64,000 nucleotides of DNA from contig JBBCKI010000042.1 of NCBI GenBank assembly GCA_037190965.1, positions 1-64,000 of the forward strand. Reading direction: 5' to 3'. The DNA is from Chthoniobacteraceae bacterium (GTDB taxonomy: Bacteria; Verrucomicrobiota; Verrucomicrobiia; Chthoniobacterales; Chthoniobacteraceae). The position numbers and the translations under genes were made by a program. The notes under the pieces are model-generated. The model was not told the DNA's origin and ran no database searches. It saw only the letters and a program-made list of their open reading frames with translations. Position 1 is the stretch's first letter. The number at the start of each line of letters is the position of its first letter. This document shows positions 50,950 to 60,025 of this stretch, piece by piece.

Positions 50950-51990
50950 AAAGCTACCCGGGGGAGGGATGAATTTGGCGAGCGGCTGGACAAGATTACT
51001 GGGGAGCGGGCGAACCCGTTCCACGATTCTCCCGGTAAGAGGAGCGCCGGTCTGGTACCCGGACAAAACCATCTCAAGCTTGGCGTCGAGATTGTCAATG
51101 TAATGAAGCGCGAAGGCCTCCGGGGTTTTCGGGAAAACCGGGGAACCGAATTCCATTTCGCCGTGATGCGCGGCGATCAGATGGATCAGATGATTGCGGA
51201 CATCCTCACTCACGGGGGTCAACTCACGCCATTCTTGCGCGGCCTCCGAGGCAAGGAGTTTGCGCCATAGCGCGTTAAGCATTTCGATGCCGAGGGTAAT
51301 GTGACCAATCAACTCGCCGCGCTCGTCGTATGGAATGCCGAAACCGCGCGGTTCCGGGCAGTTTTCCCAGAGCTTGCCGATATCGTGGAAGAGGACCCCG
51401 GTCAGAAGAAGATCGCGATTCAGCGTCGGATAGATCGCGGCCACGGCATCGGCGGCGCGAAGCATCTGGGCGACATGCTCGACGAGGCCGCCCCGGCGGG
51501 CGTGATGATAGGACCGTGCGGCGGCAGCGCGGCGAAAGCGATCGCCGAAGTCGGCCAAAAACGTCTCGCAAAGCGCGCGCAAACGCGGGTCGCCAATCGT
51601 CCCGGTCAGGTCCAAAAGGGTTTGATAATCGTGCGCCTGTTTTTCCCGCAGCCCCTGCGGCCCACCAAGAAGCGTCTCGATTTCTTCGGCTTCCAGGAGG
51701 CGGCAACTCCACCTCCGCGCGTCGAGCCCAAAGGCGGGGTGAAGGGCGAATTCTCCTTCAATTTCAAGGAACTCGCCCGATGTGAGTCCCCCGCAGAGAT
51801 CAAAATTCGGGGAATCACTCCAGGCCCGCAGGACCAGTTTTCCCTCGGCATCGGCAACGGTGACTTCCCAAAACGGTTTTCCTTCGCGGGTCTGTTTCTC
51901 CGCGAGACTTTGGATTTGCGCATGCAGACGCGCCTCCACGCGCGCTTCCTGGGCAGCGCGTTTCAAGGCCGGGATGGTCAACAGTTCCAT
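50947..51990 (-). CDS. YhaM/Cbf-like 3'-5' exoribonuclease (OB fold + HD domain)
   Basis: HHA..GGLVEH, FHDIGK, GHI, HHG, DNLDAK motifs. Confidence 0.88.
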   Translation of the reverse strand: MELLTIPALKRAAQEARVEARLHAQIQSLAEKQTREGKPFWEVTVADAEGKLVLRAWSDSPNFDLCGGLTSGEFLEIEGEFALHPAFGLDARRWSCRLLEAEEIETLLGGPQGLREKQAHDYQTLLDLTGTIGDPRLRALCETFLADFGDRFRRAAAARSYHHARRGGLVEHVAQMLRAADAVAAIYPTLNRDLLLTGVLFHDIGKLWENCPEPRGFGIPYDERGELIGHITLGIEMLNALWRKLLASEAAQEWRELTPVSEDVRNHLIHLIAAHHGEMEFGSPVFPKTPEAFALHYIDNLDAKLEMVLSGYQTGAPLTGRIVERVRPLPSNLVQPLAKFIPPPGSF

Positions 51991-52045
51991 AAAGGCATCT
52001 ACGCACGTTGTGGCTGCTTGGCGAATGCGAAAATCGGGCTCTGCG

Positions 52046-52831
52046 TTATTTTGCGATCTTTTGAGCAATGAGCGTGAGACGCCGCCACCACCAGACGGTC
52101 AGCCCCTCTTCCTCAGCCAGCCCGAAAAGCCGCCGGGCTTCTTCGGGCGCCGTCGCGATCAAAGCGCGGACATACTCGCGATTCTCAGGCGAAGTCGCCG
52201 CCGTTTCGAAATACCACTCGAGGTTCGGCTGCTTGAAAGGAAACAACTCGGAGGAAAGTACCTTCAGCCCCGCCGCCCCGCACAGAGCGGCCCAGGCTCC
52301 GGGCGTGAGAAAGCGTGCATGGCTCGGGTCGCGTCGCTTCTCGACTTCGTGAATCCACGCCTCCGCCACCAGTTCATTATCCTCCACGGAGCCGTCGATC
52401 AGGAGAAAATAGCCGCCCGGCTTCAGGACTCGTGAGGTCTCATGGATAAACGCTTCGGGGGAGCTGAAGTGGTGAGCCGCCACCCGGCAGGTGACGAGGT
52501 CAAACTCCGCGTCGGCGTAAGGCAGGTTCTCTGCCGCGTGGAGACGCGTCTCCACTTCGAGCCCGCGCGCGGCGGCGGCTTCGCGGGCACGCTGCAGCAT
52601 CGCCTCGGAGATATCGGCAAGCACCACATAATGCCCCTGTGCGGCAAAGAAAAGACCCGTATGCCCGTTGGCGGCGGCAATATCGAGCACACGCGAACCG
52701 GGTGCGAGCGGGATGGCGTCCGCCGCCGCGCGGACATCCTCCACGTTCTCCAGGATGTGGCCCGAGCCGTAGCGATGGCTCTGCCGTGAAAATTGGTCCT
52801 GCGCGGCCTGCTGAACGGGATCGAGATTCAT
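52046..52831 (-). CDS. Class I SAM-dependent methyltransferase
   Basis: VLDIAAANGH, AENLPY, FDLVTCRVAAHHF, RVLKPGG. Confidence 0.88.
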   Translation of the reverse strand: MNLDPVQQAAQDQFSRQSHRYGSGHILENVEDVRAAADAIPLAPGSRVLDIAAANGHTGLFFAAQGHYVVLADISEAMLQRAREAAAARGLEVETRLHAAENLPYADAEFDLVTCRVAAHHFSSPEAFIHETSRVLKPGGYFLLIDGSVEDNELVAEAWIHEVEKRRDPSHARFLTPGAWAALCGAAGLKVLSSELFPFKQPNLEWYFETAATSPENREYVRALIATAPEEARRLFGLAEEEGLTVWWWRRLTLIAQKIAK

Positions 52832-52863
52832 GCAGACTTTATAGCAGCGATCGAGGGAAAAAT

Positions 52864-53388
52864 CTACCGCTCGCGCTCAAATCGCTGGACGTTGCCGCCG
52901 TCCCAATCCGGTCGAAGTCGGACATCGCCGGGCGTCGTCTCTCCGGGAGCCGAAGGCGCGCCGGGCACGCCTGTCTTGCGAAACTCCCACCAGCATTGGC
53001 CCTGGTGATTGTGTTCGTGGTCGATGCCGAACCCGGCGTCGCGCATGAGCGGGTCAATCCAGCCCATGCAATGATCGCAGTAGTCATGGTACTGCACCAG
53101 GCCGTTACGAATGAGAAAGCCCTTGGAGGGGCAGTCGGTCATGTCGATGCGGAAGAAATCCGGCCCTTTAACAGCGGAGAAAAGCGCGCCTTCCTCAACC
53201 AGCGTGTGGTCCCAGTAGCGGGCCATCCCCTCAAAGCCGAGCGGGGCGATCAGGTTGGTGGCGTGGCGCTGACTATCCTGGTAAATCCCTTCATCCCAGT
53301 ATTTGACAACGAGCGGTTCGCCACCACGCTGGCGAAGCCATTCGAAAGTCCACTCATAGTGACCGCAGAAATCGTAACTCCCTAGCAT
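52864..53388 (-). CDS. Hypothetical Cys-motif protein (V4R / ATC-hydrolase-like fold, inferred)
   Basis: YW...G..G...YW, DCP, YCDHC, distal Cys; paralogous to the next ORF. Confidence 0.6.
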   Translation of the reverse strand: MLGSYDFCGHYEWTFEWLRQRGGEPLVVKYWDEGIYQDSQRHATNLIAPLGFEGMARYWDHTLVEEGALFSAVKGPDFFRIDMTDCPSKGFLIRNGLVQYHDYCDHCMGWIDPLMRDAGFGIDHEHNHQGQCWWEFRKTGVPGAPSAPGETTPGDVRLRPDWDGGNVQRFERER

Positions 53389-53903
53389 CGTGTGATCTCC
53401 TCAAGATTCTGGGCGGGTTCGCCGCCAATGGGTGCAAAGAAACGCTGGCGACAGGAGCCGTTGCCCCCGGTCACGCGAACGTCAAAGCCGGCTTGCTCCG
53501 CCGCCGCCGCGTTGATGTGGTAACATTGCTGGCAGAACTCTGGGACGATCTCGCGGCCATGTTCGCGCAAATGCCGGATGGCAGGACAGGTCTTCACCTC
53601 GACGATTACCTCACCCGGCCCTTCGTGGACGGTGACTTCGCTGCCCGGTTCAGCAGCGAAGAAGGCGCGCCAGTACGAGGCAACGCCCGGCAACCCGAGC
53701 GCCTGCCAACGGGTCCAAACCGGTTTGTAATATTGGGTGCCGAGGTCTCGCCAATAGGCAATCAGCCCCGGCAGCCCGAACTTCGTTCGAATGAATCGGA
53801 ACGTCGCGTTGATGCCAAAATAGAAGTCTGCCGCTCCCTGCGGCTTGGTGTCGTGATACGGGAGGGCGGAAAGATCGGCCGGGGCTTGAGAAGAGGGAAT
53901 CAT
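53382..53903 (-). CDS. Hypothetical Cys-motif protein (V4R / ATC-hydrolase-like fold, inferred)
   Basis: YW...GLPGVASYW, TCPA, FCQQC, GSC. Confidence 0.6.
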   Translation of the reverse strand: MIPSSQAPADLSALPYHDTKPQGAADFYFGINATFRFIRTKFGLPGLIAYWRDLGTQYYKPVWTRWQALGLPGVASYWRAFFAAEPGSEVTVHEGPGEVIVEVKTCPAIRHLREHGREIVPEFCQQCYHINAAAAEQAGFDVRVTGGNGSCRQRFFAPIGGEPAQNLEEITRC

Positions 53904-53959
53904 TCCTGGGGAATAGTAATGTGAGGATGAAATTGGAGCCCACGATTGTCAACGAGTTC

Positions 53960-53996
53960 TGAGACAATTCTGCGTCGATTGTTGCAAATTGTCTCA
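53960..53996. promoter_or_regulatory. Inverted-repeat operator in divergent promoter
   Basis: TGAGACAATT-N17-AATTGTCTCA, overlapping TTGCAA (53982)-17-TAAAAC. Confidence 0.6.
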
Positions 53997-54020
53997 AAAT
54001 CTAATAAAACCTTGCTCGCG

Positions 54021-55166
54021 ATGGCATCGAGCTCTCCTCAAAAACAAAAGACCTATTCAACCCTTCAGCGGTGGATGGAGCGGCTCCTGCTCGATATCCG
54101 GCACAAGGGGCTGCGCCCCGGGGACGCTTACCTCACGACCGAAGCCGCCGGGTTGATGCTGGGGTGCAGCCGGGCCACGGCGCACCGGGCAATGACATGC
54201 CTGGTGGAAACGGGAATGCTGGTGGCGAGGCCGGGGAGCGGCATGTTCATTGGCCCCGCCTGCGAAGGTGTGGCCCCCGGCGTAGCGCAGTCGTTGCACG
54301 CGGTGATGCCAATCGGCTTCAAGCCCTGCACCGCGACGCCGTTGGTCCGACTGATGCAGGCGGTAGCCCAGTCGCAGGGAAACCTTGGGGTTCACTTCAA
54401 TACGTTTCCCTCCCGCTACGACTTCAATTATGTGGCGGAAACCGTGGTGAAGCCATATCGCGCCGGACAAGTCGCGGCGGTGGTGGCTCTCGGCTGCCAT
54501 TGGTCGCTTCAGCAGTATTTGAAAGAACAGGAAATTAAGACGCTCGTGATCGGTTCGATGTTTCCCGATCGCGCGTTCTTTCCTTCCATCGACAAAGACT
54601 CTGCGGGAGGAGGCGAGATTCTGGTCGACTACCTTATTGAAAAAGGGCACCGCCAGTTCGGGGTGCTTGTCCCGGCATCCGGGCTGGCGGGGGTCGATCT
54701 CTTCACCGATGCCGTCAGCCGCCGATTGTCCAGCCATGGCATCCCGGCGGATTCGCTAACCCTCCGCTTCTGCAATGGCGACGAACCGGTGACGATGGAT
54801 CGGATGCGTGAGCTGCTCGCTTCGCGGCGGCGCCCCACGGCCATCATTACCGATGAGGAAGATCTGGCCAACCTGGTGAGCAACGCCGCCGAATCGCTGC
54901 GTCTCTCCGTTCCGAAAGATTTGGAGGTTGTCTTCGAAGGTTCGTTGCTCCGGATGAGCGAACCCTCTGTCTATCCTCACACCCGATCGGTGCTCAGCGA
55001 GGAGGATTTGGTACGAGAGGTAGCCGGGATGATCAAGACGCTCCCGCCCGCTGGGGGCGAGCCGTGTGCTCGCCTTGTTCCGGTGAGGATGGTTGAGAAC
55101 GGTTCGTCCCCTGTCAGGAACATTTCGCGCCAAGGACGGAAAGGTCACCAAGAAGAAAGGGCTTGA
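54021..55166 (+). CDS. Transcription regulator: GntR-type HTH plus LacI-type sensor domain
   Basis: LRPGD..T....MLGCSRATAHRAM..LV..G.L...PGSGMF; YLIEKGHR, PTAI, VPKDL motifs. Confidence 0.85.
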   Translation: MASSSPQKQKTYSTLQRWMERLLLDIRHKGLRPGDAYLTTEAAGLMLGCSRATAHRAMTCLVETGMLVARPGSGMFIGPACEGVAPGVAQSLHAVMPIGFKPCTATPLVRLMQAVAQSQGNLGVHFNTFPSRYDFNYVAETVVKPYRAGQVAAVVALGCHWSLQQYLKEQEIKTLVIGSMFPDRAFFPSIDKDSAGGGEILVDYLIEKGHRQFGVLVPASGLAGVDLFTDAVSRRLSSHGIPADSLTLRFCNGDEPVTMDRMRELLASRRRPTAIITDEEDLANLVSNAAESLRLSVPKDLEVVFEGSLLRMSEPSVYPHTRSVLSEEDLVREVAGMIKTLPPAGGEPCARLVPVRMVENGSSPVRNISRQGRKGHQEERA

Positions 55167-55198
55167 ACTTGGCGGGCTCCGCGAGCTTGGCGCGAAAT
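55122..55198. repeat. Palindromic CCAAG/CTTGG element (family G)
   Basis: Perfect 13-bp IR ATTTCGCGCCAAG / CTTGGCGCGAAAT with an inner CCAAG/CTTGG pair. Confidence 0.7.
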
Positions 55199-55230
55199 CT
55201 CGCCGACAAGGGGCGAGCCGTGTGCTTACA

Positions 55231-55385
55231 TTCCTCGTTACCAATCTCCAGATTGGTAATGCCATTGTCCCCGAATCTCTGATTCGAAAGCCTTGTCATC
55301 TCGTGCAGGGTTCCGGAACGGACAGGGTTGCGAAACTGGAGTCTCGAAGACGTGGGCGTTCCCAAACAGAGTTTGGAACGAGGAA
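55231..55385. repeat. Four-hairpin palindromic repeat (family A), copy 3
   Basis: Close homolog of 8374 and 24745 copies. Confidence 0.92.
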
Positions 55386-55417
55386 AAACACGAGAGCGCC
55401 CGAGAGATCCCCGCACT

Positions 55418-55618
55418 CTAGTGGTTTACTGAATCCTCAAAGATATCCTCGATTCTCAAACCGAAGAGTCGCGCGATCTTGAAAGCCAGCGGGAGACTAG
55501 GGTCGTAGCGCTCCTTTTCGATGGAGTTGATGGTCTGCCTGGTGACATCGAGAAGGGTAGCCAGGTGCTCCTGAGAATAGCCCTGTCTTTCACGCAAAGT
55601 CTTTAGATGATTTCTCAT
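55418..55618 (-). CDS. XRE family HTH regulator
   Basis: SQEHLA..VTRQTINSIEKERYDPSLPLAFKIA. Confidence 0.92.
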   Translation of the reverse strand: MRNHLKTLRERQGYSQEHLATLLDVTRQTINSIEKERYDPSLPLAFKIARLFGLRIEDIFEDSVNH

Positions 55619-55950
55619 TAGTATTTGCGTGCTGCCAAAATAGCCCCGATTCCATAGTAAAACCACATCATGTAGAATGCCCATTCGGCCCGAAATTCCG
55701 GCATTCCCATATCGCGAAGAAATAGATAGCTGAAGCAGGTAAAGCCAGTCGCCAACCCGGAGAAAGCCATCGCTTCAGTGTGGATCCTTCTCCACATTTC
55801 ATCCAATCTGTTGAAAGATCGGATGATCATTGCGACCATATTGATCAAAGCCAAATAGAGCAGGGAAAGCAGTCCATAAGTGAGGGCCGGGTGCTGCCCA
55901 TAGAAGACCTTGAACATTAGAAGCGCCACGGCATATCCGACAAAACTCAT
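55618..55950 (-). CDS. Small membrane protein coupled to the XRE regulator
   Basis: Four hydrophobic segments, LDE motif, TAATG overlap with XRE start. Confidence 0.75.
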   Translation of the reverse strand: MSFVGYAVALLMFKVFYGQHPALTYGLLSLLYLALINMVAMIIRSFNRLDEMWRRIHTEAMAFSGLATGFTCFSYLFLRDMGMPEFRAEWAFYMMWFYYGIGAILAARKY

Positions 55951-55992
55951 GCCGAAGCGAATAGGAGCCTTTTAAGGTTTCGTTCATGCCTC

Positions 55993-56035
55993 CATATGTA
56001 AAGCTTCCTTTACATATGTCAAGCATGCTTTACAT
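55993..56035 (-). promoter_or_regulatory. Tandem XRE operators overlapping a promoter
   Basis: CATATGTAAAG-CTTC-CTTTACATATG and ATGTCAAG-CATG-CTTTACAT; minus-strand TTGACA inside the second site. Confidence 0.8.
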
Positions 56036-56063
56036 CCACCTGGGCTCGCCGTCCTGAAACCAT

Positions 56064-56684
56064 TCACCGTCCGTCGCGCATCAGCAGCTCTTCCAAGCGG
56101 GCCTGTTCAGCTTCGAACGCCGCTTCGTCTTCGTTCGTGGCTTTCACTTCGTGGAGCGTGTCAAAGATGATCTCCGCGCGCGAGAACGGCTTCGGAATTC
56201 GGAATTTGTCCCAGCTCTTGAGTTCCCAATAACGGCTGTAACGAACATGAACGGGCATGATACGAGCGCCGGTGAGTTGGGCGAGCTTCAGAACGCCGGG
56301 CGCGAGCTTATAAACGGGGCCGCGCGGACCGTCGGGAGTAATGCCGATGTCGTTGCCTGCCTCCATCGCGCCGATCAACTCACGCAAGGCAACGCCTCCG
56401 CGTCGGGAACTTGAGCCGCGCACGCTGCCGACGCCAAACTTGGCCATGGCATCCGCGAGGATCGCGCCATCCTTGCTCGGGCTGGTGAGCACGACGGCGG
56501 GACGCTTGGGGGTGAACCGGGAATGGCCGACCGGCACCGCGAGGAGACGGTTATGCCAGCAGGCCCAAATGACGGGGGGCAGGTCGCAACGAGTGATTCC
56601 GCAGCGGTCCTCCACGCGAAAACGGAGCGTGCGGAAGAGCACGCGAATCAAGGTGACGATGAAAAACGGAAGCAACTTTCGCAC
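56064..56684 (-). CDS. DUF374 lysophospholipid acyltransferase family protein
   Basis: WH, SKDG, RGSSSR, TPDGPRGP, SWD..PKPF motifs. Confidence 0.88.
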   Translation of the reverse strand: MRKLLPFFIVTLIRVLFRTLRFRVEDRCGITRCDLPPVIWACWHNRLLAVPVGHSRFTPKRPAVVLTSPSKDGAILADAMAKFGVGSVRGSSSRRGGVALRELIGAMEAGNDIGITPDGPRGPVYKLAPGVLKLAQLTGARIMPVHVRYSRYWELKSWDKFRIPKPFSRAEIIFDTLHEVKATNEDEAAFEAEQARLEELLMRDGR

Positions 56685-56706
56685 GGCGGTCAGGTGAGGG
56701 GCTATA

Positions 56707-57258
56707 CTACTCCCCGGACTTCCACCGAAAGGCAATCGGGTTTTCAACGCCAAGCTGATCGAGAATGCGGGAGACCACGGTATCGGCCACCGCTTCCACC
56801 GTTGCCGGGCGGCTGTAAAAACCGGGGCTGGCGGGCAGAATCACGGCTCCGGCCTCCATGAGCGAGACGACGTTGCGGGCGTGAATCAAATTCCACGGCG
56901 TTTCGCGCGGGACGAGGATGAGTTTCCAGCGTTCCTTCAAAAAAACATCGGCGGCGCGCAGGATGGTGGAATCGGCGGTCCCCGCGGCAATCCGGCCCAG
57001 CGTCCCCATGGAGCAAGGGACGACGACCATCGCGTCGAAAAGGGACGAGCCGCTCACAAACGGGACGTTCATCGAACGGTCGCCATGCTGCACCACCCCC
57101 TCGGGAACGCGGAGTTCCCCCAACTCCTCGGCGATCACCTGCTTCGCGTAGGGGCTATAGACGAGGTGAATCTCATGCTGGTCGGGCCGCAGAAGATCGA
57201 GCAGCCGCTGGAGATAAATAGCCCCGCTGGCTCCGGTGGCGGCGATCACGATTTTCAT
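56707..57258 (-). CDS. ubiX: Flavin prenyltransferase
   Basis: TGASG, SGS, PCSMGTL, RAADV.LKE, PRETP. Confidence 0.92.
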   Translation of the reverse strand: MKIVIAATGASGAIYLQRLLDLLRPDQHEIHLVYSPYAKQVIAEELGELRVPEGVVQHGDRSMNVPFVSGSSLFDAMVVVPCSMGTLGRIAAGTADSTILRAADVFLKERWKLILVPRETPWNLIHARNVVSLMEAGAVILPASPGFYSRPATVEAVADTVVSRILDQLGVENPIAFRWKSGE

Positions 57259-57276
57259 AGTGGAGAATAAGGCGCG

Positions 57277-58776
57277 CTACAAATACCCGGCGGAATGGAG
57301 TTTGCGGGTCAGCCCCGTTTGCCGCGAAAGCAATTCGGAATAGACCGCCCCGGCGTCCTTATTGGGCAGGGAGCGGGTGCTTTCATCCGGTGCGGCAATC
57401 CGCCCGGCGAGTTCACGCAAGGTGCCAAGCTCGCCTGCCGCGCTGCGGGCGGTTGCGGCGGCCTGAATGGCGGCCCCCAGGGCAGCCCCTTCCGCAGAGG
57501 CGAGGCAGACGGTCGGAACGCCGAAAACATCCGCACAAATCTGCCGCCAGACAACGCTCTTGCTGCCGCCTCCCGTCAGGCGGATTTCGGTGGGCTCCAC
57601 CCCCAGTTCGCGGAAGCGGTTGAGCCCGTAGGCGAGCCCCATCGTCGCTCCCTCCATGACGGCCCGCGCCATGTGCGCCGGGTTCATGTTACGTCCATTC
57701 AATCCATGGAAAACGCCGCTGCCATCGGGGAGGTTCGGGGTGCGCTCCCCGTTCAGATATGGGAGGAAGAGCAGCCCGGCAGCCCCGGCGGAAACGCTCC
57801 GGATTTGCTCCTCCATCGTGACGTGATCCCAGTGAAAGAGGGAGCGCGCCTGCTCGGTGGCGACCGTCACGTTCATCGTGCAGACCAGCGGGAGCCAGGC
57901 GTCCGTGGAATCGCAAAAAGCGGCGATTTCTCCCTGGGGATCCACCACCGGGGTGGCGGAGTACGAATAAAGCGTTCCGCTGGTACCAAGGCTTGCGGTG
58001 ACGCAGCCCGGCGTAATATTCCCGGTGCCGATGGCTCCCATCATGTTGTCGCCGCCGCCCGCGCTCACCACCGGGCTTTGCCTCAGGCCCCACGCCTGGC
58101 GAAGCTCTTCCCGCAGCAATCCGTTGGGCACGCGCGAGCTTCCCACCCGGGGAATTTTGTCGGCGAGTGTGGGGTCGATGAAATCGAGGATCGGCTGGCT
58201 CCAGGCCCGGGTGCGGACGTTCATCCAGCCGGTGCCGGAGGCGTCGCCGTACTCCATCTTTTTCTCCCCCGTCAGCCAAAGATTGAGGTAATCGTGCGGG
58301 AGCAGGACACATTCCGTCCGCCGGAAGTTGCCCGGTTCGTTCTGCTTGAGCCAGAGGAGCTTGGGCGCGGTGTAGCCGGGCAGGATCGGGTTGCCCGTGA
58401 GTTCGATGAGCCCCTTCGCGCCGCCGAATTCCGCGGCGAACTGCTCGCATTGTTTCACCGTGGAGGTGTCACACCAAAGTTTTGCGGGGCGCACCGGCTG
58501 ATCGTTGCCGTCGAGCACCACGCAGCCATGCTGCTGGCCACTGACACCGATGGCGGCGATTTCGTCTTTTCTCGCTCCAAGCTGTTCGAGACAGGCACGC
58601 ACCGTTTTTTCCATCGCCTCCACCCAGACCCGGGGGTCCTGTTCCAGATGACCCGGGGGGAGCCCGTCGATCAGCCCGTAACCCTGCTGGGCGCTTGCGA
58701 GGATTTCCCCCGTCTCGGAGTCGAGGACGATGGTCTTGGTACTTTGGGTGCCGCTATCGATTCCAAGGGAAAGCAT
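57277..58776 (-). CDS. xylB: Xylulokinase
   Basis: GIDSGTQSTK, SGQQHG, GGGDN, LGTSG, PYLNGERTP. Confidence 0.92.
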   Translation of the reverse strand: MLSLGIDSGTQSTKTIVLDSETGEILASAQQGYGLIDGLPPGHLEQDPRVWVEAMEKTVRACLEQLGARKDEIAAIGVSGQQHGCVVLDGNDQPVRPAKLWCDTSTVKQCEQFAAEFGGAKGLIELTGNPILPGYTAPKLLWLKQNEPGNFRRTECVLLPHDYLNLWLTGEKKMEYGDASGTGWMNVRTRAWSQPILDFIDPTLADKIPRVGSSRVPNGLLREELRQAWGLRQSPVVSAGGGDNMMGAIGTGNITPGCVTASLGTSGTLYSYSATPVVDPQGEIAAFCDSTDAWLPLVCTMNVTVATEQARSLFHWDHVTMEEQIRSVSAGAAGLLFLPYLNGERTPNLPDGSGVFHGLNGRNMNPAHMARAVMEGATMGLAYGLNRFRELGVEPTEIRLTGGGSKSVVWRQICADVFGVPTVCLASAEGAALGAAIQAAATARSAAGELGTLRELAGRIAAPDESTRSLPNKDAGAVYSELLSRQTGLTRKLHSAGYL

Positions 58777-58886
58777 GACGGAGCACAGATCATATTCCGG
58801 GGCGTCTGTAAAGAATTGCGCGTTGTCGATACGGGCTCCATAGTACGTTCAAAGGAAAGTCCCCGTTCCTACGATTCCCCTTTGTG

Positions 58887-59270
58887 ATGATTACCAAACT
58901 TTTGCATACCCGCTATCGCGTGACCGACCTGGAAAAAACGGTCTCCTTCTACAAGGACGTTCTGGGACTGGAAGAGGTGAAACGCTCCGTCTCCGGGCGC
59001 GGCTCACAGCTTGTTTTCCTGAAGGCTCCAGGGAGCGAGGAGCTGATCGAGATCTGCAAATTTGATGAGAGCGGCCCGGTGATCGTAGGCCCCGATTTGA
59101 CGCATCTCGCGTTCGAAGTACCTGACCTTGAGGCTTTTGCCGCCCACGCGGCGACCAAGGGGTATCCGCTTTCCGATGGCCCGCACCGCAGCCCAAGCGG
59201 AAGCGCCATTGCCTTCATCGATGCCCCGGAGGGGTACGAAATCGAACTGATCCAGCCCGCGCGGTCTTAA
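58887..59270 (+). CDS. VOC / glyoxalase I family protein
   Basis: LHTRYRV, FY..VLG, HLAF, PEGYEIEL. Confidence 0.88.
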   Translation: MITKLLHTRYRVTDLEKTVSFYKDVLGLEEVKRSVSGRGSQLVFLKAPGSEELIEICKFDESGPVIVGPDLTHLAFEVPDLEAFAAHAATKGYPLSDGPHRSPSGSAIAFIDAPEGYEIELIQPARS

Positions 59271-59299
59271 GCCCAAACCTCATCCCCCCTTCCCTGCCC

Positions 59300-59575
59300 A
59301 TGGAATTTGATTGGATCGAAGCCCCGTTTGACCTGAAGCCGCTCCCTCCCAAGGAGATCGAGGAGTCGTTTGAAGATCCGTTTTCCCTCCGGATTCTTCC
59401 CGACAGCCATTCCGCGACGGAAGCGCGTTACTTCAACCTCGGGAAATCGATGGCAGGGGTGCCGGTTTTTGCGGTCTTCTGGACGGACGGCAAAAGCTAC
59501 CGGGTTATTTTCGCCCGTCCGATGACTCAGGAAGAACTCCATTTCTACGATCGCAAGAACATCGAACTGGCCTAA
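59300..59575 (+). CDS. BrnT-like toxin
   Basis: MEFDW start, E.R...G, RVIFARP..EE..Y pattern. Confidence 0.75.
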   Translation: MEFDWIEAPFDLKPLPPKEIEESFEDPFSLRILPDSHSATEARYFNLGKSMAGVPVFAVFWTDGKSYRVIFARPMTQEELHFYDRKNIELA

Positions 59576-59645
59576 GCCTTTATCCCACCGAAAGCTGGCA
59601 ACGAGGCTTGCCCGCCGCAGCGCCACACGGTTATTCTCTCTCAAG

Positions 59646-59912
59646 ATGAACGTCGTCAAAAACTGGTCGGAAATCCCAAAGTTCGACAGCGAGCAGGAAG
59701 AGGCCCGCTTCTGGGCGGAAAATCGTCTCGATGCCCGTCTGATGAATGGTTCATTACTCAAGGCAGACGCCCGCGAATCAACCACGGTCACGCTCCGCTT
59801 TGACCCGCGGATGCTTGCCCGCATCAAGCGGCTTGCCCGCTCGCGCTACCTCAACTACCAAAGCATGATCAAGCAGTGGCTCAGCGAACGGATCGAAAAA
59901 GAAGGCCATTAA
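59646..59912 (+). CDS. CopG/BrnA-like antitoxin
   Basis: IPKF.SEQEEARFW, VTLR, YQSMIKQW ribbon-helix-helix pattern. Confidence 0.8.
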   Translation: MNVVKNWSEIPKFDSEQEEARFWAENRLDARLMNGSLLKADARESTTVTLRFDPRMLARIKRLARSRYLNYQSMIKQWLSERIEKEGH

Positions 59913-60025
59913 GGCCATCAATGAAGCCCTTAAAGGCCATCGAAGACCGGAAGGCGGCTTGATCCTCTTCAATCGCCCCGGCGACCCGGCCCGCATCCCT
60001 CGAGTCCCCGCCTCGTCCCTTTAAA

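Noticed and set aside
59901..59942. Three AAGGCCAT repeats after the antitoxin gene
   Set aside because: Too short and irregular to support a call
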